From a virus: a stretch of 32,209 bases of DNA. The stretch is taken from IMG/VR virus record IMGVR_UViG_3300000103_000002, positions 1-32,209 of that record; one strand, given 5' to 3'. The notes under the pieces are model-generated. The model searched no databases and had not been told where the DNA came from. It saw nothing but the letters and a program-made list of their open reading frames with translations. Position 1 is the first letter of the stretch, and every line of letters starts with the position of its first letter. Position numbers and translations under genes: made by a program. Positions 7,916-17,936 of this stretch are shown here, piece after piece.

Positions 7916-10900
7916 TGCCTGTTGTTAAGGAACTTGATGAACAGCTAGATAACACTTCTGCAGAAACTGCTTCGGAAGTAGTTTCTCCTTTTAAACCTGC
8001 CGAAGCAGATGCACCACCAGTCCACTCGGGAGAGAATACTGTAAACCCTACGGGTTGGGATAAAGCCGAATCTTTCCTAAGGCAATACAGTCCGGTGACT
8101 TCTTTCTTCGCTGATCCTCAATATAAAGAATATTATTTTCAAGGTAACGATCCTGAACCTAATTTTAATTTAGCTGCCAGTCTTGATGATGCAGGTGTGG
8201 ATAAAGGTATTAGAGCCTCTTACCAATGGTGTCGTTCAAAGGCAGACGTTGACGAGCAAACAGAATATCTAAGACTAGAAGCTCATGACAGAGATATCGT
8301 TGCTAATTCAGGCATTATGGAAAGCTTCCTATATTCCGCTCCTGCAATGCTGGATCCTGTGAACATAGCCGCAACTGCAGGTGCAGCAGCAGCCGCCGTC
8401 GTCGCTGCTCCAGAAGCTGCCGTTGTTGCAACAGCTGCTGTCGTTGGCTCAGCAGGAGCTTATGTCTCCGGCAAAGCGAGGCAAGCGTCTCAAAACATGC
8501 TCTCAGACTCCCAGGTAAACGCCGAAACAGCTGCTGGGGCGATATTTGGGGCTGCTTTCTCTGCTTGTGGAAAAGCTATTGGTTCAGCTTGGAAGTCGAA
8601 ATATATAGAAGCTATCAAAGATCGACTGGCTACTAACTGGTCTGATATGTCCTTCTCCTTTAAGAAAAAAGTCCAATACACTCCGAAAGCAGACGGCACG
8701 ATAAAAGAGCATAAAATAGCTGATATGCCGAAATGGTTTCAGACGATATATAGTGCTACTCCTGTAGGTAAATGTGCTACGTCAGAGTTCGAAACTGCTA
8801 ATAAAGTAGGTCGTATGTTCTTCAGAACAGATTATATCACTGAGTATACTAAAGCTGGGTTAGATAGCTTCCCATCTATGGAGGCCATTATCGAAACCCG
8901 CAGGGGAAACCTATTGTTCGTAGAAAAGGATTATATAACGTCTGTTGGTAAATATCTTAACAGCGAGTACGCTAAAAGCACAGGAGTTAACTTCGGTGAT
9001 GCTGTGAGAGAGACTATGCTTTCCGGAACTCATCATGAGTCATCAGAAGTAACTCGAACAGCAAGCGACTTGAAAAAATACATCAACGGAATGTTTCAAG
9101 AAGCGAACGAGGCTAAGATCATCCAAATCGACAATCTCGGTCAGCCAATGCAAGCAGCCGAAGGCAATGTGCCGTACCTTACCGCAGCTGAAAGCCACCT
9201 GACAAAAGAAGAGCTTACTACTAGAGTAAGTCAAGGCATACTAGATCAACAAGACGTGTTCTATTTCCCTCGTGTATGGGACATATCGAAGGTATTGTCT
9301 AACCGAGAGACTCTACTGCAACTGCTCGAGATGAGCGCTATAAAGCAAGGCAAGCCGAACCCTAAGGAATTCGCTGAAGGCCAGTTTATGCATATCATTG
9401 GAGCGGCAGAAGGAGAAAGATGGTCTATACCAGATGTTAAAGTTAGCGCAACAAGCGGTGGAGCTCTAGATAAAGAGCGGACTGTTCTCGTGGACGATCG
9501 TTTATTAACTCAGTGGGTGGTGACCGATCCGCTAGAGATCACTAAGGCTGTGCATCATAAGCTCGTGCCTGCAATCGCTATGAAAAAAACGCTGAAAGCA
9601 AACGGATACGATAATTTCGCTCAAGTACTGAAAGAGTTGGATAGCGAGTACGTTGCCAAGCTGGCTGCCGCTCCAAATGATCAAGGCGTTGTGTTACACG
9701 AGCAATATAAAGACGCGGCGCGGTTAATAAAAGATATTCCGCTGTTAGTAGATGGAATGTACGGAAAAGACAACTTAGTTAGAAACCCGAGATCAGCGGC
9801 TTCGCTACATTCTCTTAGAAACTTCAACTACGCTAGAAACCTCGGGGGCATGTTATTATCTTCCCTAAACGACCCGCAATTGCTGGTTAATACATGGGGG
9901 CTGAAGCCGGTATTAAAAAGTTATCTTAAAGAATTCAGCCATGCTGTCGGCATAACCAAACCTGCCGCACCTAAAGTTATGAAAGAAGAATTGCAGAGAT
10001 TAGGAGTAGGCATTGAGTTAGCTGTTCTCGATATGGCTAACCGCATGGACGTCTCAAGTATGCATCCTATGAGATACCTACTTGACGGAAATAAGATATC
10101 AGACAAAGCTCTCGCTTATACGATTAAAGCAAGCGATTGGTCAGCTAGAAAACTCACTAAATGGTCTGGTATAGCCTGGTGGAACGATTTCAATAAGCGA
10201 GTTAACGGTAATCTGTATTGCGATAGATTACTCGAGGCGTGCATTAACGAAGAAAAATCGTTTTTATCTCAGATGAGAGTGCCAGCTGATATGGCTAAGC
10301 GTATCGCGAAGCAGTATCAGGAATTTGGGGAGCTATACGACGGCTTTAGAATACCCAACAGCCAGCTGTGGAGCGACGTAGAAGCTAAAGAAGTCTTCGG
10401 AGCGTCTGTTGTGACTAACTTAAATAATACTGTACTCATTCCTGGCGCAGGAGAAGTGCCGATGTGGTTTAAGAATACTACTGGAAAAATATTTATAAAT
10501 TACAGATCGTATGGATTCGCTATACTAAATAATCTTTCGGCTAAATGGGCGAACGGTCAAAGGGAGCATATGACTGCCGTCGCTCTTACAGGAACTGGAA
10601 TGACAGCGCTTGGACTATATTTAAAGTCGTTGTCTAGAGGAGATCCGTATATGCTTGACGATCCGGAGTTCTATAAGGAAGTGGCGCTTAGGTCTGATCT
10701 AGGAGGATGGGTTTTAGATACTGTAAAAACTACACACAATCTCTATTCTTCCACAGCGGAGCATGGACAAGCAGGTCTTTTTAGAGCGTTAAGCAGAGAA
10801 TCTCCTGCTTTGGGATTATTGGGAAGTATAGGAGATACCGTTAATTACCTGACAAGGGAGTCAGATAGACCTATGAACGAATACGAGCTACGAAACGTTG

Positions 10901-11031
10901 TTTATATCAGTCCTTTCGTTACGCTGCCTATTGTTAATGGTATAGTAAATAATTGGATTAGAGGTCATGTAGAAGAATCAGGCGGAAAACTTGCAAAAAC
11001 AAGAAAAGAGAGATATTGGGAGAATAAATAA
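7915..11031 (+). CDS. Putative large internal virion/DNA-ejection protein (gp16-position)
   Basis: 1038 aa with a hydrophobic Ala/Val-rich segment (NIAATAGAAAAAVVAAPEAAVVATAAVVGSAGAY). TAATG coupling to the fibre gene. I saw no lytic transglycosylase motif. Confidence 0.55.
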   Translation: MPVVKELDEQLDNTSAETASEVVSPFKPAEADAPPVHSGENTVNPTGWDKAESFLRQYSPVTSFFADPQYKEYYFQGNDPEPNFNLAASLDDAGVDKGIRASYQWCRSKADVDEQTEYLRLEAHDRDIVANSGIMESFLYSAPAMLDPVNIAATAGAAAAAVVAAPEAAVVATAAVVGSAGAYVSGKARQASQNMLSDSQVNAETAAGAIFGAAFSACGKAIGSAWKSKYIEAIKDRLATNWSDMSFSFKKKVQYTPKADGTIKEHKIADMPKWFQTIYSATPVGKCATSEFETANKVGRMFFRTDYITEYTKAGLDSFPSMEAIIETRRGNLLFVEKDYITSVGKYLNSEYAKSTGVNFGDAVRETMLSGTHHESSEVTRTASDLKKYINGMFQEANEAKIIQIDNLGQPMQAAEGNVPYLTAAESHLTKEELTTRVSQGILDQQDVFYFPRVWDISKVLSNRETLLQLLEMSAIKQGKPNPKEFAEGQFMHIIGAAEGERWSIPDVKVSATSGGALDKERTVLVDDRLLTQWVVTDPLEITKAVHHKLVPAIAMKKTLKANGYDNFAQVLKELDSEYVAKLAAAPNDQGVVLHEQYKDAARLIKDIPLLVDGMYGKDNLVRNPRSAASLHSLRNFNYARNLGGMLLSSLNDPQLLVNTWGLKPVLKSYLKEFSHAVGITKPAAPKVMKEELQRLGVGIELAVLDMANRMDVSSMHPMRYLLDGNKISDKALAYTIKASDWSARKLTKWSGIAWWNDFNKRVNGNLYCDRLLEACINEEKSFLSQMRVPADMAKRIAKQYQEFGELYDGFRIPNSQLWSDVEAKEVFGASVVTNLNNTVLIPGAGEVPMWFKNTTGKIFINYRSYGFAILNNLSAKWANGQREHMTAVALTGTGMTALGLYLKSLSRGDPYMLDDPEFYKEVALRSDLGGWVLDTVKTTHNLYSSTAEHGQAGLFRALSRESPALGLLGSIGDTVNYLTRESDRPMNEYELRNVVYISPFVTLPIVNGIVNNWIRGHVEESGGKLAKTRKERYWENK

Positions 11032-14000
11032 TGGCGATAGACTCTAGAGAAGGACAAGCGGTAGTAACCTACGTAGTATCTCAATTAAAAGAAAGCGATA
11101 CGTTCCCTATAACGTTTCAGTATTTGGAGAACGACGAATATCTTGGAGCTTATATCAGAAAAAATGACGGCAGCAGAGTAGATTTAGTGCTGGATACGGA
11201 CTACAGAATAAGCGGCTCCAGCGGTATAAATAATACTTGGGGAACATTAACTATATTAAGAGATCTCGGAGATTCTGCAAGCAATCCTCTGAGAAACATC
11301 TGTATATATAGACAAGTAGATAACGATCAAGGACGTACGTTCGATTCTCAGACATTATTTGCGGAAACCACGGAATCTGCGTTAGATAAACTAACTGTAT
11401 TATATCAAGATAATCAATTCAGGGAATATACAATAAACGCTCCGGACGACGATTTATTAGATCCGGAGGCGATGAGGCTTCCTCCAGCTATGGAAAGAGC
11501 AAACGGACTTTTAGCGTTTAATACTCTTGGTAATGTTGAAATAGTAAGGGATATCGCGGATTCCAATATGGCTTTAAGGCAATCTCCTGGAGAACTTCCT
11601 GATCCTTCGTTTGTTCTTACTCAATATAATAGATCAGGAAAAATACTCGGTTTTGATGAACAAGGCAGTGTAAAGTATTATGATGGAGACGTTTCAAGAC
11701 TTCAGTCGGACTGGAAAGAGACAGACGGTACTTCCGCGTCTTATATAAAAAACAAGCCTATACTGTCGAATGTTGCCACAACCGGCGATTATAATGATTT
11801 AAAAAACAAATTAACAGCAGGAGCGAATATAAATATAACGACCAACAATGTTATTTCTGCCATAGGCTCAGGAGGTATATACACAGCGGGAGAGAATATA
11901 GACATAACAGACAATGTTATTTCCAGCGATGTATTGGGAGCGATTGTTGATCATAGTACCGGCGGATGGATGCCGTCTACGATGCCTTCTGCGCATTGGC
12001 GTTCTGGAACCTACGGAAATGGCAGGTTCGTTGTTGTAGCAGCTAGTAACTCCAATAAAGCAGCTTACAGCTACGACGGTATTAATTGGACGCCGTCTGA
12101 GCTGCCTTCTACTGCGGATTGGTATTCGGTAACCTACGGTAATGGTAAGTTCGTCGCTGTAGCAACTGATAACTCAACCAAAGCGGCATATAGTACTGAC
12201 GGTATTAATTGGACGCCGTCTAAGTTGCCTTCTACTGCGAATTGGATTTCCGTAGCCTACGGTAATGGCAGGTTCGTCGCTGTAGCAACTGGTAACTCAA
12301 CCAAAGCGGCTTACAGTTACGACGGTATTAATTGGACGCCGTCTACGCTGCCTTCTACTGCGAATTGGTATTCGGTAACCTACGGTAACGGCAGGTTCGT
12401 CGCTGTAGTTATAGGCTCCAACAAGGCGGCGTATAGTACTGACGGTATTAATTGGACGCCGTCTACGATACCTACTGCGAATTGGATTTCCGTAGCCTAC
12501 GGTAATGGCAGGTTCGTCGCTGTAGCTGATAACTCACCCGTAGCAGCGGCGTATAGTACTGACGGCATTACCTGGACGGAGTCTACGATTTCTTCTAGGT
12601 ATTGGATGTCTGTAACCTACGGTAACGGCAGGTTCGTCGCCGTAGCCGGCACCTCCGATACAGCATATAGTACTGACGGTATTAATTGGACGGAGTCTAC
12701 GATGTCTTCTGGGTATTGGAATTTTGTAACCTACGGTAACGGCAGATTTGTCGCTGTATCTTATGACTCAGGCAAAACGGCGTATATGTCCTTTGGAAAG
12801 GTTTTAAGAGAAGCGATTGATTACACAGCGGGAGAGAATATAGAAATCAAAGATAACGAAATTTCCAGCAATGTGTTGGGAGCGATTGTCGATCCTAGTA
12901 CCGACGGATGGATGCCGGCGGAGATGCCTTCTTCTGCGAGTTGGACTTCGGTAACCTACGGTAATAATAGATTTGTCGCCGTAGCTTATAACTCCAACAA
13001 AGCAGCCTACAGCCACGATGGTACTAATTGGACGCCGTCTACGCTGCCTGCTGCGGTTTGGTTCTCTGTAACCTACGGTAATGGTAAGTTCGTCGCTGTA
13101 GCTGATAACTCAGATAAAGCAGCATATAGTACTGACGGCATTAATTGGACTCAGACTGAGATACCTACTGGGGCTTGGACTTCGGTAGCCTACGGAAACG
13201 GTAAATTCGTCGCCGTAGCAGGTAATAACTCCAATAAATCAGCTTACAGCTACGACGGTATTAATTGGACGCCGTCTACGCTGCCTTCTACTGCGAATTG
13301 GTATTCGGTAACCTACGGTAACGGCAGGTTCGTTGCCGTAGCTACGAACTCCATCACAGCGTATAGTACTAACGGCATTAATTGGACTGCGTCTGCGATG
13401 CTTCCTACTGCGGATTGGCGTTCTGTAACCTACGGTAACGGCAGATTTGTTGCTGTAGCCTATAACTCAACCGCGGCGGCGTATAGTATTGACGGCGTTA
13501 CCTGGACATCGTCTACGCTGCCTTCTGGGTATTGGCGTTCTGTAACCTACGGTGATAATAGATTCGTCGCCGTAGCAGCTAATAACTCCAATAAAACGGT
13601 ATATAGTACTGACGGCATTAATTGGACGTCGTCTGCTACGCTGCCTTTTTCTGCGAATTGGAATTCTGTAATCTACGGAAACGGCAGATTCGTTGCCGTA
13701 GCAACCAATAACTCAACTAAAGCGGCGTATATGTCCTTTGGAACGGTTTTAAGAGAAGCGATTAATTACACAGCGGGAGAGAATATAGAAATCAAAGATA
13801 ACGAAATTTCCAGCAATGTGTTGGGAGCGATCGTCGATCCTGGTACCGGCAGATGGAAGCTGACTACGATACCTTTTGCGAATTGGCATTCTGTAACCTA
13901 CGGTAACGGCAGGTTCGTCGCCGTAGCTGTCAGCTCAACCAAAGCGGCGTATAGTACTGACGGTATTAATTGGACTCAGACTACGATACCTGCTGCGAAT

Positions 14001-14603
14001 TGGCAGTCGGTAACCTACGGGAACGGTAAGTTCGTCGCTGTAGGTTATAGCTCAACCGCAGCGGCGGCGTATAGTACTGACGGTATTAATTGGGTTCAGA
14101 CTGAGATACCTACTGGGCCTTGGACTTCGGTAGCCTACGGAAACGGTAAGTTCGTCGTTGTAGCAAGTAGTAGCTCAACCGCAGCGGCGGCGTATAGTAC
14201 TGACGGCATTAATTGGACGGAGTCTACGATACCTTCTGCGAATTGGCGTTCTGTAACCTACGGTAACGGTAAATTTGTCGCTGTAGCTTATCACTCAACC
14301 GTAACAGCTTACAGCTACGACGGTATTAATTGGACGGAGTCTACGCTGCCTTCTGCGAATTGGATTTCGGTAACCTATGGTAACGGCAGGTTCGTCGCTA
14401 TAGCTGATAGCTCAATCACAGCGTATAGTACTAACGGCATTAATTGGACGGAGTCTGCTACGCTGCCTGCTGCAGTTTGGTATTCGGTAACCTACGGTGA
14501 TAATAGATTCGTCGCTGTAGCTTATAACTCAACCGCGGCGGCGTATATGCCTTTTTTACGTACTTTTAGAGATCTTGTTAACTACGTGCTTAGTATTAAG
14601 TAG
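11031..14603 (+). CDS. Tail fibre: T7 gp17-type N-terminal adaptor domain plus 20 Asp-box-like beta-propeller blades
   Basis: The N-terminus (FPITFQYL...LDTDYRISG...ICIYRQVDNDQGRTFDSQTLF..ALDKL) parallels the T7 gp17 N-terminus (FNIPFEYL...INTDYRF...LRRVTS..R..DF.DGS). It carries the common fibre motif SDWKETDGTSASYIKNKPILSNVATTGDYNDLKNK, then repeats of W-SVTYGNG(R/K)FVAVA...AAYSTDGINWT. Confidence 0.85.
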   Translation: MAIDSREGQAVVTYVVSQLKESDTFPITFQYLENDEYLGAYIRKNDGSRVDLVLDTDYRISGSSGINNTWGTLTILRDLGDSASNPLRNICIYRQVDNDQGRTFDSQTLFAETTESALDKLTVLYQDNQFREYTINAPDDDLLDPEAMRLPPAMERANGLLAFNTLGNVEIVRDIADSNMALRQSPGELPDPSFVLTQYNRSGKILGFDEQGSVKYYDGDVSRLQSDWKETDGTSASYIKNKPILSNVATTGDYNDLKNKLTAGANINITTNNVISAIGSGGIYTAGENIDITDNVISSDVLGAIVDHSTGGWMPSTMPSAHWRSGTYGNGRFVVVAASNSNKAAYSYDGINWTPSELPSTADWYSVTYGNGKFVAVATDNSTKAAYSTDGINWTPSKLPSTANWISVAYGNGRFVAVATGNSTKAAYSYDGINWTPSTLPSTANWYSVTYGNGRFVAVVIGSNKAAYSTDGINWTPSTIPTANWISVAYGNGRFVAVADNSPVAAAYSTDGITWTESTISSRYWMSVTYGNGRFVAVAGTSDTAYSTDGINWTESTMSSGYWNFVTYGNGRFVAVSYDSGKTAYMSFGKVLREAIDYTAGENIEIKDNEISSNVLGAIVDPSTDGWMPAEMPSSASWTSVTYGNNRFVAVAYNSNKAAYSHDGTNWTPSTLPAAVWFSVTYGNGKFVAVADNSDKAAYSTDGINWTQTEIPTGAWTSVAYGNGKFVAVAGNNSNKSAYSYDGINWTPSTLPSTANWYSVTYGNGRFVAVATNSITAYSTNGINWTASAMLPTADWRSVTYGNGRFVAVAYNSTAAAYSIDGVTWTSSTLPSGYWRSVTYGDNRFVAVAANNSNKTVYSTDGINWTSSATLPFSANWNSVIYGNGRFVAVATNNSTKAAYMSFGTVLREAINYTAGENIEIKDNEISSNVLGAIVDPGTGRWKLTTIPFANWHSVTYGNGRFVAVAVSSTKAAYSTDGINWTQTTIPAANWQSVTYGNGKFVAVGYSSTAAAAYSTDGINWVQTEIPTGPWTSVAYGNGKFVVVASSSSTAAAAYSTDGINWTESTIPSANWRSVTYGNGKFVAVAYHSTVTAYSYDGINWTESTLPSANWISVTYGNGRFVAIADSSITAYSTNGINWTESATLPAAVWYSVTYGDNRFVAVAYNSTAAAYMPFLRTFRDLVNYVLSIK
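11881..14560 (+). repeat. Three tandem coding modules (~942 and 945 bp apart) of 7, 7 and 6 blades of ~130 bp
   Basis: The module header acacagcgggagagaatata recurs at 11881, 12823 and 13768. The YGNG/YGDN blade core recurs 20 times. Perfect matches are long, for example ~83 nt shared around 12320-12400 and 13255-13335, and ~55 nt at 12232-12286 and 12473-12527. Confidence 0.9.
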
Positions 14604-14611
14604 CTATGTGT

Positions 14612-14639
14612 TTGAAATATAAATATAATTTTGTATAAT
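14612..14639 (+). promoter_or_regulatory. Candidate sigma70-type promoter TTGAAA-16-TATAAT (with upstream TG)
   Basis: TTGAAA at 14612-14617 and TGTATAAT at 14632-14639, in the 62-nt gap after the fibre gene and 27 nt before the next ATG. Confidence 0.45.
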
Positions 14640-14665
14640 TATTATGTATTAAGGATTTATTAAAT

Positions 14666-14854
14666 ATGCCGAGAAAAATCGGGAATAGTAAGCTTACAAT
14701 TCATTCCTCTCCTCAAATGTTGATAAATGAAGTTAATAGATTGAAGCAATTACTAAGGGCGCGTCTTAGAAGCATCGCTCCGATAGCCGGAGTATCGAAG
14801 GATCCGTTTTTGATGATATTCAGAAGAAACGCTAATACACAAGAAAGAGAATAG
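14666..14854 (+). CDS. Hypothetical small basic protein
   Basis: 62 aa with an AAGGA RBS. Its stop directly abuts the GNAT start (TAGATG). Confidence 0.45.
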   Translation: MPRKIGNSKLTIHSSPQMLINEVNRLKQLLRARLRSIAPIAGVSKDPFLMIFRRNANTQERE

Positions 14855-15307
14855 ATGGAAGAAGTAAGGTTTATAGAGTATCTGCCACAGCACGCTTACG
14901 AGATGGATTGGAAAGACAAAGATGAGTTTTTGGGGATTGTAAAAGGTAATCCGCAGTTTTTTCATTTGATGTCTACGTTGGATGATACGTTAACTATGGT
15001 AAGAGGAGATAAGATACTTGCATTAATATCTGCATCGCCAACCGAAGCTTATAAAGCTGGTATAATATTTTTTATGTCTAATACGTATGTAGATGAGTTC
15101 GATAAAGAGATATTTACGGCAACTAAAGTTATGCTAGACAATATCTGTAAAAAATATAGCAAGAGAGTATCTTTGGAAGCGAAAGCTACCAACATAAAAT
15201 TAATAAAATTCTTAGATAAATTAGGATTTAAGAAAGAGGGCGTTATGAGGAAAAAAGGACATAACGGAGAAGATTACATTTTGTTTTCGATCGTAGAAGG
15301 GGACTAA
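14855..15307 (+). CDS. GNAT-family N-acetyltransferase
   Basis: C-terminal GNAT signature: RVSLEAKATNIKLIKFLDKLGFKKEGVMRKKGHNGEDYILFSI, of the RimJ/RimL type. Confidence 0.75.
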   Translation: MEEVRFIEYLPQHAYEMDWKDKDEFLGIVKGNPQFFHLMSTLDDTLTMVRGDKILALISASPTEAYKAGIIFFMSNTYVDEFDKEIFTATKVMLDNICKKYSKRVSLEAKATNIKLIKFLDKLGFKKEGVMRKKGHNGEDYILFSIVEGD

Positions 15308-15308
15308 A

Positions 15309-15878
15309 ATGTGTGGTTTTTTTGGAGAAGTAGGAAAAGTATTTAAACCTGTTGTTCGAATAGCTGCACCGATAGTAGGCGCTGGATTAGGAGGCCCTTT
15401 GGGAGCTGCTGCGGCGAGCGCGGCAGCTACCGCGGCTACCGGTGGCAATCGCGGTGATATATTTCGCAGCGGAGCATTGGGCGGCTTAGGAGCGGCGGCA
15501 GGCAGTGCTTTTGGCAGTCAGAATTATTTAGCTCGTTATTTGGGAGGTTCTGATGTGTTTCAAACGGCGACAACAGGAGTTGGGGCGTATTTAGGTAATA
15601 ACGCGGCGGCCAGCATAAACGCTAATCTGAGGGCTATGAGACAGGCTAATGCAGAGTATACCGCGCCAAGCGCTCCCAGCTTTGAAGTCCTGAAAGCCGA
15701 GGGGGCGGCAAAAGCTCGGGAAGCGTTTGAAAGAGAAGGCATAAGGCATATACTTGCCGACAGTCTTCATAGGAGAATCCGCAGATCGAGCGAGATAGAT
15801 ATTTATAATTACACTAAATTTGCCGATTGGAAGTCGAGAGTAAAAAGCAGATCTCGCAAAGGATACAGAAGTGAATAA
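15309..15878 (+). CDS. Gly/Ala-rich protein (fourth member of the glycine-rich set)
   Basis: 189 aa. The N-terminal two thirds are G/A-rich (APIVGAGLGGPLGAAAASAAATAATGG...GALGGLGAAAGSAFG) and the C-terminus is basic. It overlaps the portal start. Confidence 0.6.
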   Translation: MCGFFGEVGKVFKPVVRIAAPIVGAGLGGPLGAAAASAAATAATGGNRGDIFRSGALGGLGAAAGSAFGSQNYLARYLGGSDVFQTATTGVGAYLGNNAAASINANLRAMRQANAEYTAPSAPSFEVLKAEGAAKAREAFEREGIRHILADSLHRRIRRSSEIDIYNYTKFADWKSRVKSRSRKGYRSE

Positions 15879-17676
15879 ATCTCAAAAACAGTCTCAATCT
15901 CAAGAACAGCCTCAGCGTCAATCGATGAGCATAGTTGATATATTATTTCAGAACTTAGACGTTAGAGACATCATCAAGAAATGGAATCGAGTCAGAACGG
16001 CAAGGCAGCCCTGGGAACAGAAATGGCAGATGATTCAAGATATGGTTATGCCGAACTACAGGGATTTTCTCAGCAATGCGGGCAATGTTTCTCTTCATCC
16101 TCAAACTAACAAAATAAGGAATCATTCTTCGTCAGTATCCGGCAGGATCAATAAAGTAGTATCCCAGATGAATTCTCAGTTAACAGATCCGTCTATTAAA
16201 TGGCTGGATTTGAAATTTATTGATCCGTGTTACCTAGCCAACGGCATGCCTATATCCATAAGCGGGTTTGATTCCGCAAAGAGGTGGTTATATTCATTAA
16301 AGGAATCGTTATACAATTTATTTTCAGATCCTAGCAGTAATTTTTATCCGTCTACCTACAGTTTTCATTTTGATTGGTTCACGATAGGCACAGCGTGCAG
16401 AGAGATAGTATTAAGAAAAGATACGGGCAAAATACACTTTAACGCTGTATCAATGCAGAACATATATGTTGAGCTATCGGGACACGGAGATATCAGCACA
16501 ATTTACCGGAGGTTTCTGCTCAGTCCGAAGCAGGCATACGACTTATGGGGAGACCGCTTGCATCCTACTCAATTGCAATTAGTAGCGCAAAGCATTAACG
16601 ATTCAGCAAGGCATAATCTGCATGAATATGTAGAGGTATCCCAGCCTAATCCGTTAAAAAACCAGATACCATCTCCGGATTATATGACCTGCGTAATAGA
16701 TGTAATGAATAAGCATGTTGCAGATATCGGTCTTCACAAGCAATCTCCGTATATAGTATCGAGATTCGACGTAGCGCCAAACGAGATATACGGCAGATCG
16801 TACACGTGGTACGCGATGCCGACGATTATCACGTTAAGCAAATTAGATAAGAGAGCTATACAGATTGCGGATTACTCTGCTTCTCCTCCTATATTAGTGA
16901 AAGATACGGCGGCGCTCGCCATACAGTATTTAGCTCCGGATACCATGGTTCAGGGTCTGGACGCTAACGGCAGACCTACTATGATGCAAATGCCTATTAC
17001 AGGAAACTTCCCGCTTTTAATGGAGTTCTATAGGCAGAAGCTGGACGAATTAGACGAAGCGTTGGTAGCTAGAGATATATTTTCTCAAGAAAGTCCGAAC
17101 ATGACGGCAACAGAGGTAAACGAGAGGAAGATTCAAGCGTCAAATAGATTACGTCCTATACTCGTGAGATTAGAGCACGAGGACTTAAATAATATGGTTC
17201 ATCGTTCTCTATCTTTACTGTCTGAAATCGGCATGCTTCCGGCGTTTCCATACGCTCAAGTTGAGGAAGAACTGGGCGTGCAGGAGGGAATGCTACAGCA
17301 GCTGCTGCCGGATCCGTTAAGTCAATTAAGAATAGTGTTTTCAGGTCCTATGGCTAGAATGCAGAGAATGCAGGATGTGCAGAACAGCGAGTTACTGTTT
17401 CAGAAGACAATGCAGGCGGCGCAGGTAGATCCGTCAGTATTAGATAAAATTAATCTGGAAAACATTATATCTATGGACGCGGAGATATACGGAGTAGATC
17501 CGCAGGTGATTAATCCGCCGGAAGTTGTGCAGCAGATACGAGCGCAGCGCGCTGAGCAAGAGAGTCGTCAGGCGGAGGAGCAAGCTAAAACGGCAGATAG
17601 TCAGAGGCAGGCTATGTTGATAGATACTATGATAAAAGCCAGAAATGGCGGCATAGATATCGGAGTCGGCGCATGA
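15871..17676 (+). CDS. Portal (head-to-tail connector) protein, podovirus type
   Basis: 601 aa with a GTG start (AAGGA RBS). The N-terminal motif WNRVRTARQPWEQKWQMIQDMVMP is typical of T7-gp8-like connectors. It is followed by scaffold and capsid genes. Confidence 0.8.
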   Translation: MNKSQKQSQSQEQPQRQSMSIVDILFQNLDVRDIIKKWNRVRTARQPWEQKWQMIQDMVMPNYRDFLSNAGNVSLHPQTNKIRNHSSSVSGRINKVVSQMNSQLTDPSIKWLDLKFIDPCYLANGMPISISGFDSAKRWLYSLKESLYNLFSDPSSNFYPSTYSFHFDWFTIGTACREIVLRKDTGKIHFNAVSMQNIYVELSGHGDISTIYRRFLLSPKQAYDLWGDRLHPTQLQLVAQSINDSARHNLHEYVEVSQPNPLKNQIPSPDYMTCVIDVMNKHVADIGLHKQSPYIVSRFDVAPNEIYGRSYTWYAMPTIITLSKLDKRAIQIADYSASPPILVKDTAALAIQYLAPDTMVQGLDANGRPTMMQMPITGNFPLLMEFYRQKLDELDEALVARDIFSQESPNMTATEVNERKIQASNRLRPILVRLEHEDLNNMVHRSLSLLSEIGMLPAFPYAQVEEELGVQEGMLQQLLPDPLSQLRIVFSGPMARMQRMQDVQNSELLFQKTMQAAQVDPSVLDKINLENIISMDAEIYGVDPQVINPPEVVQQIRAQRAEQESRQAEEQAKTADSQRQAMLIDTMIKARNGGIDIGVGA

Positions 17677-17936
17677 ATAAGCAGAAAACAGAAAAGATAA
17701 AGCTGGCGTTTGACAGAGTATTTAAGTCGAAGGACGGCGAAACAATTTTGTATACGTTAGGAAGTGCTTGCCTTTCTGAGGTAGGGGAATATGAACCCGA
17801 CTCTTATAAAATGGCGTTTAAAGAAGGTCAGCGGAATATGTTATTCCGTATATTGAGAATTTCTGGTATTGATATACAAACGCTTTTAAAAAAATATGAA
17901 ATTATGGAAAAAGAGGAGATTTTATGGACACAGTAA
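17673..17936 (+). CDS. Small head-module protein, unknown function
   Basis: 87 aa. ATGA overlap with the portal stop. Confidence 0.6.
   Translation: MNKQKTEKIKLAFDRVFKSKDGETILYTLGSACLSEVGEYEPDSYKMAFKEGQRNMLFRILRISGIDIQTLLKKYEIMEKEEILWTQ

Noticed and set aside
12804-13016. Minus-strand ORFs within the repeat regions (12804-13016, 24028-24369, 24042-24224, 24732-24932)
   Set aside because: These are antisense shadows of repeat-rich coding sequence. They are Arg- or Cys-rich, atypical in composition, and lack an RBS.
11881-14560. Regular ~130-bp periodic repeats that could superficially suggest a CRISPR array or satellite DNA
   Set aside because: The repeats are in frame inside one uninterrupted 1190-codon ORF and encode a coherent blade motif. 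There is no repeat-spacer organisation, and the units are far longer than CRISPR repeats.
11031-14603. Diversity-generating retroelement targeting the tail fibre (variable repeat/template repeat)
   Set aside because: I recognised no reverse transcriptase ORF anywhere in the closed replicon. Differences between repeat copies are not restricted to adenine positions as far as I can see by eye.
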